Of a DNA stretch of 64,000 nucleotides, positions 56,320 through 64,000 are shown in pieces. Origin of the DNA: Staphylococcus phage LY01; the sequence record OR836606.1; one strand, given 5' to 3'. Position 1 is the first letter of the stretch. Every line of letters begins with the position of its first letter. The translations under genes were made by a program, and so were the position numbers. The notes below the pieces were generated by a model, which searched no databases, was not told where the DNA came from, and saw only the letters and a program-made list of their open reading frames with translations.

Positions 56320-57156
56320 TTATTTTTTATGAATTATATTATCATCTTCTAGTCTTATTTGATTAGATACATCAATTTTATTGACTTCATCAGTATCTAT
56401 AACGTCCTTTATAAAATCGACTTTAATATTCATACCTAAAGAATTTGTTATAGTTTCCATAGTTTTCCATGTCAATTTTCCTTGTTTGATCATTTTATCC
56501 ATAGATGATTTAATTTTACTTATAGGATTTTTCTCATCAGAATTATTTTCAAGTTCTCCAAATAACATCTCAAAAGTATATCCTTCTTTTCCTAATTCTT
56601 CTAAAAACTCTACAAACTCTAATATAAAATCTTCATATATAACATCAGGCATTAAATCGAAATTTAATTTACCCATAAATCTAGAAGACTTAACTTTACG
56701 TTTAGGTTCATATAATTTTAATTCATTCATGCTTTTAAACTCTTCAGTTATTATATGAACTTTATAATCTATAGCTTCAGTAATAGTCATTAATGACTGT
56801 ATTGTAAAAACTTTACTACTTTTAAGTCTATAAATAGTGTTTTTAAAGGAATCAATTTCATCTTTACCATACGCTTTTGCATATCTTTCGAAATAAGATT
56901 CAAAATCTAGATTTTCTTTATCAGCTACAATATTTTCCATAAATTGAATAGCACGTTTACCTAAATATGGAAGACTTTCATATTCCTCCTTAGTTACTAA
57001 ACCTTTAATATCTCCTTTATATTTAGATGAATTTAGATCATCTTCTCCATTAATATTATCTGAACTCCTTACTTCTTTAAAAACTTCTCTAACATCAATA
57101 GTGTCCATACCGCTTATAATTCTTTCTAATTCACTTAAATCCTTTTTGTTCGCCAT
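56320..57156 (-). CDS. hypothetical protein
   Basis: 278-aa ORF. Confidence 0.4.
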   Translation of the reverse strand: MANKKDLSELERIISGMDTIDVREVFKEVRSSDNINGEDDLNSSKYKGDIKGLVTKEEYESLPYLGKRAIQFMENIVADKENLDFESYFERYAKAYGKDEIDSFKNTIYRLKSSKVFTIQSLMTITEAIDYKVHIITEEFKSMNELKLYEPKRKVKSSRFMGKLNFDLMPDVIYEDFILEFVEFLEELGKEGYTFEMLFGELENNSDEKNPISKIKSSMDKMIKQGKLTWKTMETITNSLGMNIKVDFIKDVIDTDEVNKIDVSNQIRLEDDNIIHKK

Positions 57157-57254
57157 ATAATATCACTCGCTTTATTTATTTTTTATAAAAAATAAAAGGT
57201 ATATATGATCTAATATAGACATTTATCTATATTAGATCATAAATTATTTGATTC

Positions 57255-58457
57255 TTAAATTCCTAAATCATCATCTTCTTGTTCTGATTCTTTACCCTTT
57301 TTAATAAAATCATCTAGTAAAGAACTAGCTTTACCTTCACTTTCACTGTTTACCTTATTTGATAAATCTTCTAAAGAACCTGATTCTTTGTTAACTTCAG
57401 CATCTTTAAACATGTTAGACTTATCAATTTGTCTATCATTTTGTTCTGGAGTCTCTTTACTTCCAAATGGTAAATCATCATCACTAATTTGATCCACTTG
57501 ACCAACATTAAATGGATTGTCATTTTTTTGTGTTTGTTGATTCTGTTGTTGCGGAGCTTGATTAAAATTTCCAAAAGGATTTCCTTGAGTTTGATTATTA
57601 GATTTTTGTTGGTTAAAGTTATTCTGTTGTTGCGGAGCTTGATTAAAATTTCCGTTATTGCTGCCAAAATTACCAAATTGATTATTGTTATTGAAACCTC
57701 CACCATTGTTATTATTAAAGTTATTATTACGTGGGGCATTACTTTGCGTTGATTTTTCATCCATATGATGATTACTCATATCCGTAGGTAAACCTTGAGC
57801 TCTTAATAGCCCTTTTAATAACTGATTATTTTCAATTTCTTTAGCTTGCATTTCTGCTTGTACACATTGATTTCTGAATGTTAGTGGATCATTAGTAATT
57901 CTAACTAATAAATTAATTAAACTGATAAATGTATTAGCAGATACAAAATCATATTTATTGGCATCATTTACCATAATATTAAATCCAATTTCAAAATTAT
58001 TAGTTCTATTATTTTGGATTACTGCAGGCGCAATAGCAATTTCTTTACCAGATACTAATTTTGGTGATTGCCAAATATGTTGTTGATAGTTTGGATTAAC
58101 TTGATTATTAGAGAAAATATTATTAAAATTCTCACTAATACTTTTATAAGTTGCTTTTAAGAAATTATTAAATTCTTGTAAATGTGGATAACTAATTAAT
58201 ACATCTTCACGAATAGGTGCTTGACCTTGTTGAAATTTGTTATAAGAAAAAGAAATATAATGATTACTATTATTTTCAATCTCACTTAAGAAAGGTACAT
58301 TGTTATATTGACTTGATTGATACGTATTAATATACTCGCTATGAATAGCACTACCAGTATTTTTATTTTTTCTAGTAAATAGTGTATAAATTGAAATTGA
58401 AAGGTTTCCGCCTCTGTGTAAATGATCTTTGAAATTTGTTAACATAATATCCAACAC
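57255..58457 (-). CDS. hypothetical protein with Q/N-rich low-complexity repeats and acidic DDDLPF motif
   Basis: GNFNQAPQQQN repeated. DDDLPF resembles the bacterial SSB C-terminal tip but is internal here. Confidence 0.45.
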   Translation of the reverse strand: MLDIMLTNFKDHLHRGGNLSISIYTLFTRKNKNTGSAIHSEYINTYQSSQYNNVPFLSEIENNSNHYISFSYNKFQQGQAPIREDVLISYPHLQEFNNFLKATYKSISENFNNIFSNNQVNPNYQQHIWQSPKLVSGKEIAIAPAVIQNNRTNNFEIGFNIMVNDANKYDFVSANTFISLINLLVRITNDPLTFRNQCVQAEMQAKEIENNQLLKGLLRAQGLPTDMSNHHMDEKSTQSNAPRNNNFNNNNGGGFNNNNQFGNFGSNNGNFNQAPQQQNNFNQQKSNNQTQGNPFGNFNQAPQQQNQQTQKNDNPFNVGQVDQISDDDLPFGSKETPEQNDRQIDKSNMFKDAEVNKESGSLEDLSNKVNSESEGKASSLLDDFIKKGKESEQEDDDLGI

Positions 58458-58527
58458 TCTCCATTTAAATTATTTGTATAATAAATATTTCATTATTAAT
58501 ACATCGTTATAATATATATTTAAAAAT

Positions 58528-59127
58528 TTATTTTAATATTCCAGCATTTTTAATAAATGTTAATAGGAATGATGAAATTGATAAAGATGAATCCGTTAGT
58601 GATTCACTTGTCCCCATTAATTCTTCTGCATAAGAATAATCATCATCTCTTATAGCTGACATCCTAACTACTGACTTAATATCAATAGGCTGGAAGTCAA
58701 TGTATGAAGGTAATTCATACGTGTTATCTGATGAGCCTCCATAAACCAATTCTATCAACTGAGACCATAAAGTAATTTCATCAATCCAAAATACTAATTT
58801 ATCAGCATATTCAGATAATTCTTCAAAGTAATCTCTAATACGTTGTATTTGGATAACTGTATCATCTTTAATCATTCTAATATTATAATTATCTAAAGTC
58901 TGATCAATTTTAGTATACTCTGACAATTGACCATTTTCATAAGCTTCTTTAAGTATTTCATTTTTAAATACTTCTGATAAATCGATATCAGAAAATTCTA
59001 AATACATATCTTTAAATTTAGGATTATCTACCATAAATGTCATATTAATAAATTCTGTATTGGTCTTAGGCGTAGTAGTCACTGCAGAAACAATAATATT
59101 TAATGCAGGCAATTTTTCTTCAGACAT
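58528..59127 (-). CDS. hypothetical protein
   Basis: 199-aa ORF. Confidence 0.4.
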   Translation of the reverse strand: MSEEKLPALNIIVSAVTTTPKTNTEFINMTFMVDNPKFKDMYLEFSDIDLSEVFKNEILKEAYENGQLSEYTKIDQTLDNYNIRMIKDDTVIQIQRIRDYFEELSEYADKLVFWIDEITLWSQLIELVYGGSSDNTYELPSYIDFQPIDIKSVVRMSAIRDDDYSYAEELMGTSESLTDSSLSISSFLLTFIKNAGILK

Positions 59128-59156
59128 TTAAAATTCACCCTTTCATAATTTTTATT

Positions 59157-59867
59157 TTATATGATCTCATTTTTAATGTAGAACTCAAAACCATATTCGT
59201 TTTTAAAGTACTGTGCAAATTCATTAATCTTATTGAATAAATATTTATCATTAGTGAATCTAAAATCATATTTATTAATATCTTTCTTATTTTCTTCTAA
59301 TAATTTTATATCACTATCATTATTCTCTATAATTAAATTATTCTTTTCAATACTTTTATTAAGTTCATCTATTTCTTCTTTTAATTTAAATGAATTAGGC
59401 ATTTTTAGCATATTTAGTAAGGCATTGGTAAAAATACCTAATTTAATTCTTTCATTAAGCTCATCATTTTTTTCAGCTATTTCATTATTAAATTTTTTAT
59501 TCTTATTTCTAAGTCTATTATTGACTTTATATTTAGTATCTAGTTTATTTTCTATCATGGATTTTTGAATGTCTATTTTTTCTTTCATTAAACTAATATT
59601 TTCTTTAAAGTTATGAAGAATGATAAATCCTTCATAAAGATCGAATTCAATAAATTTATCATCTAATAATAAATATATCCTATCTTTTTCATTTTTAACT
59701 TTAAATTCTGAATTAACACTGTTCATAATAGAATTTTTAAAATCAGTATGATTAATTTTAAATATCTCACTAGATAAAAATTCATTAATTTCTTTTCTAA
59801 AACTTATAAATAATTCATTGAGGTATTGATAATTATCAATAGCCTCTCCACGAGATATAATAGACAC
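59157..59867 (-). CDS. hypothetical coiled-coil protein
   Basis: 236-aa ORF. Confidence 0.4.
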   Translation of the reverse strand: MSIISRGEAIDNYQYLNELFISFRKEINEFLSSEIFKINHTDFKNSIMNSVNSEFKVKNEKDRIYLLLDDKFIEFDLYEGFIILHNFKENISLMKEKIDIQKSMIENKLDTKYKVNNRLRNKNKKFNNEIAEKNDELNERIKLGIFTNALLNMLKMPNSFKLKEEIDELNKSIEKNNLIIENNDSDIKLLEENKKDINKYDFRFTNDKYLFNKINEFAQYFKNEYGFEFYIKNEII

Positions 59868-59888
59868 AATACCTCAACAACCCTTCTA

Positions 59889-61436
59889 TTACTTAATTTT
59901 AAAATCAGTTATATTTAAAGCTTTTTTCTTATATACATTTCTCAATCTATTACTTCCTTGAGAAACTAATTTCTTAAAACCATGGTCAATTAAATCAAAG
60001 AACATTAATTTTTCATTTTCAATATATCTCAGTCTACCCATAATTTGAGTTACTTTGCTTTCACTTGATAAAGGTACTGTATTAATTACTGCTTTTAAAT
60101 CAGGTATATCTATTCCAGTACCTAAAGATAAATCAGTAGTGATAATTAAATTAGATTCCAATACTTTATCTTTTTCTTCCTTATCAATACCGTCATAATA
60201 TCTAATACAGTTTAAGAATTCTAATCCTTCAGGTCCAAGTTTATCTTCTAAATATGAGTAAAAATCATCTATCATATTCTTCAATTTAAACATAACCACA
60301 GTCTTTTTAACTTCTTCTTTCATAATGACATTATTAATAATATTAAATACAATATCAAAATATTCTTTCCTTCTTCTATCTTCTTCAATTAAGTATTTAC
60401 TATAATGATTTACATTAAGGCCATTACGTTTAGAAGCTTTCATGAAATCAGCTAATTCAACTTCTTTAGGATTACTATTCCATCTGATAATAAATACATC
60501 ATGGTATTTAGATGGTATTTTTCTATTATTAGCTATTTGCCTATCATAATTATTAGAACTAAATATAGGTGTTTTTAAGAATATATTACTAAATACTATA
60601 TTTTCTGATTTATCAGATCTTCTAGGTGTAGCTGATAAGTATATTGATGGCAAATCTGTTTGTATATCAATATTGGTTAAACTGCGAAAATCCAAATGTG
60701 CTTCATCAAATATTTTAATACCTACTTTAGTTTTTAATAATAATTCTTGCAACCTTTCTTCGTCTTCTTGAATAAAAGAATTTAATGTTTTATACATTAC
60801 TATATAGAAATCTATTTTATTTCTTTCTTTAGATTTCATTTTAAATAACTTATTGATACTTGATCTCCCTTGAATCACATATATTTTTTCATCATCGATA
60901 TTAGTATATTCTTTTATTTTTTCTTCCCATTGCTCTTTAAGTTTATTATTATTAACGAAAATCATAGGCACTAATTCTCTATCAATGACTGATTTTAAAG
61001 CACAGAAAGTTTTACCTTCACCAGTTTGTAATGAAAGAAATTTTTGAGTTGATGGATCATATATACTAAATGAATTTAAAAATTCTATAGCTTTTCTTTG
61101 TAGAAGATCTCTAGGTTTAAAATTCATTTCAACATCATAATTTGGTTTAGGCTTAAAGAATAAATTTTCAACTGCTCTGAAATCTTGATAGTCAATTTCT
61201 CCATGATTTTTTAATGACTGTAATAATAATTTAGTATTAATGCCTGCTGGAAAAGATATAGTTTTATTTTCTTCATCATATTTGAAAGCTTTATAAGTAT
61301 GTTTATGATATATTTTATCCCATACTGATAAATAACTTTCTATTGCAGAACAAAATCCTAACTCGTAATTTTCAACTAATATACGAGTAGGATATACAGA
61401 TACTTTTATTTTTCTTGTTTCATTTAATACTACCAT
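59889..61436 (-). CDS. SF2 DEAD/DEAH-box-type DNA/RNA helicase
   Basis: Motif I TGEGKT, motif II DEAH(L), motif VI QIMGRLRY. Confidence 0.6.
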   Translation of the reverse strand: MVVLNETRKIKVSVYPTRILVENYELGFCSAIESYLSVWDKIYHKHTYKAFKYDEENKTISFPAGINTKLLLQSLKNHGEIDYQDFRAVENLFFKPKPNYDVEMNFKPRDLLQRKAIEFLNSFSIYDPSTQKFLSLQTGEGKTFCALKSVIDRELVPMIFVNNNKLKEQWEEKIKEYTNIDDEKIYVIQGRSSINKLFKMKSKERNKIDFYIVMYKTLNSFIQEDEERLQELLLKTKVGIKIFDEAHLDFRSLTNIDIQTDLPSIYLSATPRRSDKSENIVFSNIFLKTPIFSSNNYDRQIANNRKIPSKYHDVFIIRWNSNPKEVELADFMKASKRNGLNVNHYSKYLIEEDRRRKEYFDIVFNIINNVIMKEEVKKTVVMFKLKNMIDDFYSYLEDKLGPEGLEFLNCIRYYDGIDKEEKDKVLESNLIITTDLSLGTGIDIPDLKAVINTVPLSSESKVTQIMGRLRYIENEKLMFFDLIDHGFKKLVSQGSNRLRNVYKKKALNITDFKIK

Positions 61437-61453
61437 AGTATCAGCTTCTTTCT

Positions 61454-61900
61454 TTATTGTTTAAGCTCAATAGTGGTAGGAAATACTTCTGCAATAGTTT
61501 TAAAGAAATCTAAACCGTCTTTTTTAAACATGCCGGATAAATCAAATGTAGCTTCAGGATTTTCTAAATCAGTGTATACGGGCACAGAACCCATTAAATC
61601 AAATACCATATAGAAACAACCTTTTTTAAATTGATCATCTTTTTCAGCTTTAATCAAAGTAATTTGCTTATCATCTTCAACAATCACGTTAAGCTTATAA
61701 ACATCATCTACAGTTACTCCATCTTTAGCATGTTTGAAAAATTCTTCAATATTATCATTAATAGTTTTATTTACCATATAAGTACCTGACTGATTATTAA
61801 AAAATGCGTCTCTAATTTCTTTAAGGTTTTTATCATTGCCGGTTAATTCAATTGTTTGTTCTTTATTACCTTCTAATTCTTTTAATTTAAAAATTTCCAT
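61454..61900 (-). CDS. hypothetical protein
   Basis: 148-aa ORF. Confidence 0.4.
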   Translation of the reverse strand: MEIFKLKELEGNKEQTIELTGNDKNLKEIRDAFFNNQSGTYMVNKTINDNIEEFFKHAKDGVTVDDVYKLNVIVEDDKQITLIKAEKDDQFKKGCFYMVFDLMGSVPVYTDLENPEATFDLSGMFKKDGLDFFKTIAEVFPTTIELKQ

Positions 61901-61968
61901 ATTAAATTAAATTCTCCTTTTTTATTTTAAAAATTTATATCTAAGAGTTATTATAAAAAATTAATTTT

Positions 61969-62286
61969 TTAAGAATTGATACTTTCTACTATAATTTTAT
62001 TAAGTTCTTCAAATTCATAAATGTTTTCAATTGAAAAACTATGACTTGAAACAGGCATATTATCTTTAACTAATAAGAAAGAAAATACATATTTATTATC
62101 AATTTCTAAATCAGATAATCTATAAATGTCTCTCTCACCATTTTCGTTTATATTGTCAAATACGGTATAACAACTCTTTAATATAGCCTCTATCAATTTA
62201 TTATCTTTGTTAAACATATATTTCTCCAATAAACTTTCATTTAAAATATTATCTATTTCCATATTAAATCCTCCTAGAGTTATCAT
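61969..62286 (-). CDS. hypothetical protein
   Basis: 105-aa ORF. Confidence 0.35.
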   Translation of the reverse strand: MITLGGFNMEIDNILNESLLEKYMFNKDNKLIEAILKSCYTVFDNINENGERDIYRLSDLEIDNKYVFSFLLVKDNMPVSSHSFSIENIYEFEELNKIIVESINS

Positions 62287-62335
62287 ATATAACCAAACTC
62301 CTAAATTAATAGAAGTTTGGTTGAATTATGTTGTT

Positions 62336-64000
62336 TTAAATATCAAAATCAAATAACGGATCAAACATTGAATCTCCATCTTTACTGAAGAAGTTATTAG
62401 TTTCATCAGTACTTAATTGAGCTTTAATCTTTTCAAATATTAATGATTGTACTGGTGAAGGTGAACTTAAAATAGCACTACCTACATTTTTTAATTCAAT
62501 ATTAGGTTCAAAGTTAGGGTCTTTATAATTGATTCTTTCTTCATAACCTCCATTTAAGAATACCATATTTCTAATAATAGTTTCTAAATGAACACTCATA
62601 ACATTTGTACCTGATTTAAGTAATAAATCTGTTACATCATTGAACATTGCCTGATAGTTTTTTTCTTCATAGTCATTTCTAATGTATTTAGTACTTTCTA
62701 ATATAGATCGTATTTTAAGAAGTGGGTCAGCGACACCTTCATTTTTAATTTTAATATTAAATAAGAAATTTTCTTTTAAGTCTTTCATACTGAATATGAA
62801 TGCATTTTCGTCTTCATCGTAAAAATTATCTATAGTTTCAATATTTTGGTCTGGTATTTTAAGAGTTACAGGAGATTTAACAGTATGAGTTTTATTACCT
62901 ACTTTAAATTTAAAGCTTTTAGCTTTATATCTTCCATATTCATAATCTTCATTAATAATCATTTCATCAATAATGACTTTAGTCTTTTCATTACGAGGAA
63001 CAATATTGTCTCCAGAAAATTCAAAATGTTCTTTAAAGATATCAGGCCAAGAGAAACCAGATAATTGTACTGCTTGCAAGTGTTTTGTTGAAAGTAATTT
63101 TTGAGTCATAGGCTCTGTTAATCTTAAAGTAGCCAAAATGCCTACAGATAAGTTTCTATTAATATCGTATAAACGTTTGCCGTAACAAGTTTGACATATT
63201 TTTCCTTCAGATTCGGCACATGTAATAGGGGAACGTAATGGAACAATTTGTCCTATTAAATGAGTGTCTTCTTTAGAATTAATTAATTTTAATTCTTGAT
63301 CCTTATCATCATAATAGAATCTATCATTAAATCTATCTAATTTATCTTGACTGTCCATATTAACATAAACAAAATGTTTACTTCCGCAATCTTCATTTTC
63401 TGATAATTTTAAATCTGATGTTAATAAAGTAATTTTACGGTTTAAGTAGCCTGATTCACGTACTTTATTCTTAGAGTTCATTAATGCGTTTAATGAAGAT
63501 TCTGCATCAATAGCAAATTGTGTTGTATCTTTTAAACCACGCATGAATGAGGTATCAATAATATCAGTTACAACATCGCCACGAATATCTGGTTTATATC
63601 CCACGAAACTTAAAACTTCATTTAATTGTATCTTATTAATACCTGTTCCTGAATGTAAGAAAGTTTTATAATCATTTTCTTTATCAGATTTAATACGTTC
63701 AATTAATTTATGCATATTAGGTTTTTGAACTTCATTAATAATTTGTTGATAGTTTAAGCTAGGATCAATGTCTTCTTTATTAAAGTTAATTAATTTTTCT
63801 ACTTCTTTATCTTCATTAGCTAATCTCATAATATCATATAATGAAATAGAAGGACCGTCTAGAGGTAAAATATATTCATTTGAAAATATAGTTAATTCAT
63901 CAATAATAAATGCAATAGATTGACTAACTTTTATTGGGTCATGTCCTTCATGAATAAAATTGACAACAACTTTGTCAAAATAATCATAATAATCATCAAT
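62336..64000 (-). CDS. second, intron-free RNAP beta-prime-like subunit (C-terminal part); 5'-partial, frame open to window end
   Basis: HGxRKGLxDTA..SGYLTRRLVDV region appears as FMRGLKDTTQFAIDAESSLNALMNSKNKVRESGYLNRKITLLTSDL. ENEDCGSKH aligns to EDDCGTHEG. VPLRSPITCAESEGKICQTCYGKRLYD..NLSVGILATLRLTEPMTQ matches VRSxxTC..GVCxxCYGRDLA..GExVGxIAAQSIGEPGTQ. No in-frame stop between the ATG at 63829 and nt 64000. Confidence 0.65.
   Translation of the reverse strand: MDDYYDYFDKVVVNFIHEGHDPIKVSQSIAFIIDELTIFSNEYILPLDGPSISLYDIMRLANEDKEVEKLINFNKEDIDPSLNYQQIINEVQKPNMHKLIERIKSDKENDYKTFLHSGTGINKIQLNEVLSFVGYKPDIRGDVVTDIIDTSFMRGLKDTTQFAIDAESSLNALMNSKNKVRESGYLNRKITLLTSDLKLSENEDCGSKHFVYVNMDSQDKLDRFNDRFYYDDKDQELKLINSKEDTHLIGQIVPLRSPITCAESEGKICQTCYGKRLYDINRNLSVGILATLRLTEPMTQKLLSTKHLQAVQLSGFSWPDIFKEHFEFSGDNIVPRNEKTKVIIDEMIINEDYEYGRYKAKSFKFKVGNKTHTVKSPVTLKIPDQNIETIDNFYDEDENAFIFSMKDLKENFLFNIKIKNEGVADPLLKIRSILESTKYIRNDYEEKNYQAMFNDVTDLLLKSGTNVMSVHLETIIRNMVFLNGGYEERINYKDPNFEPNIELKNVGSAILSSPSPVQSLIFEKIKAQLSTDETNNFFSKDGDSMFDPLFDFDI

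Noticed and set aside
8269-57760. Many 60-130 aa ORFs on the strand opposite to long genes (for example 8269..8544, 10981..11331, 16676..17053, 17154..17369, 19351..19587, 21346..21531, 21591..21830, 28329..28517, 29105..29338, 31198..31380, 33596..33802, 37882..38121, 39028..39345, 44349..44576, 44716..44994, 48995..49306, 51697..51879, 51816..52040, 52342..52536, 53320..53532, 53884..54168, 53911..54147, 54735..54938, 55306..55530, 56381..56758, 57371..57760, 57489..57752, 59233..59568, 62846..63064).
   Set aside because: They are fully embedded in longer ORFs with better coding character. They have low-complexity F/L/I/S-rich translations typical of AT-rich shadow frames, and no RBS. Several arise only from nucleotide tandem repeats.
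1-64000. tRNA genes (common in jumbo phages).
   Set aside because: No cloverleaf-compatible segment with a GTTCRANYC T-loop and CCA-proximal acceptor pairing was found by eye. The GC-rich patches at 40007-40180 and 32130-32450 are better explained as an omega-RNA tail and an uncharacterised structured element. A tRNAscan-SE run is still advisable.

Overview
This is an AT-rich (~27-30% GC), densely coding 64-kb segment. Gene content points to a large (jumbo-type) tailed phage of a staphylococcal host, though that assignment is inference only. Supporting it are an Amidase_2+SH3b lysin and a CHAP+SH3b lysin of staphylococcal type, a dCMP deaminase, an RNase H, a guanylate-kinase-like protein, a DnaB-like helicase, a GroEL-like chaperonin, an SF2 helicase, tail-fibre/Ig-like structural genes, and two different multisubunit-RNA-polymerase beta-prime paralogs as found in phiKZ/AR9-like phages. 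The standout feature lies at 34.9-43.6 kb. A divergently transcribed RNAP beta-prime-like gene (minus strand) and RNAP beta-like gene (plus strand) are broken into many pieces by seven copies of a ~130-190 nt repeated element. The elements carry the canonical group I intron core elements P, Q, R and S (TTAATTGCTGGAAAG ... TTAATCAGCATCA ... TGTTCAACGACTAAATA ... GATATAGTCTAATC) plus a P9-like hairpin and a terminal G. They are therefore best read as a family of ultra-compact group I introns. One copy (38.56-40.18 kb) additionally carries an intact IS200/IS605-family TnpB gene and a GC-rich omega-RNA-like 3' region, which is an IStron-like architecture inside a phage RNA polymerase gene. The six-frame ORF track is misleading here because the intron 3' termini (AAATG|ACT) create false ATG starts. 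Other observations worth a second look are: a family of near-identical palindromic terminators with ATTAAT-type loops; a structured, GC-elevated ~330 nt non-coding island between two paralogous zinc-ribbon/Vsr-like (homing-endonuclease-like) genes; an apparent -1 frameshift near 20.41 kb; a Q/N-rich repeat protein; tandem ETESK and collagen-like repeats; and several paralogous gene pairs. No tRNA, rRNA or CRISPR array was recognised. All intron boundaries and most protein functions below come from reading the sequence by eye and need computational or experimental confirmation.
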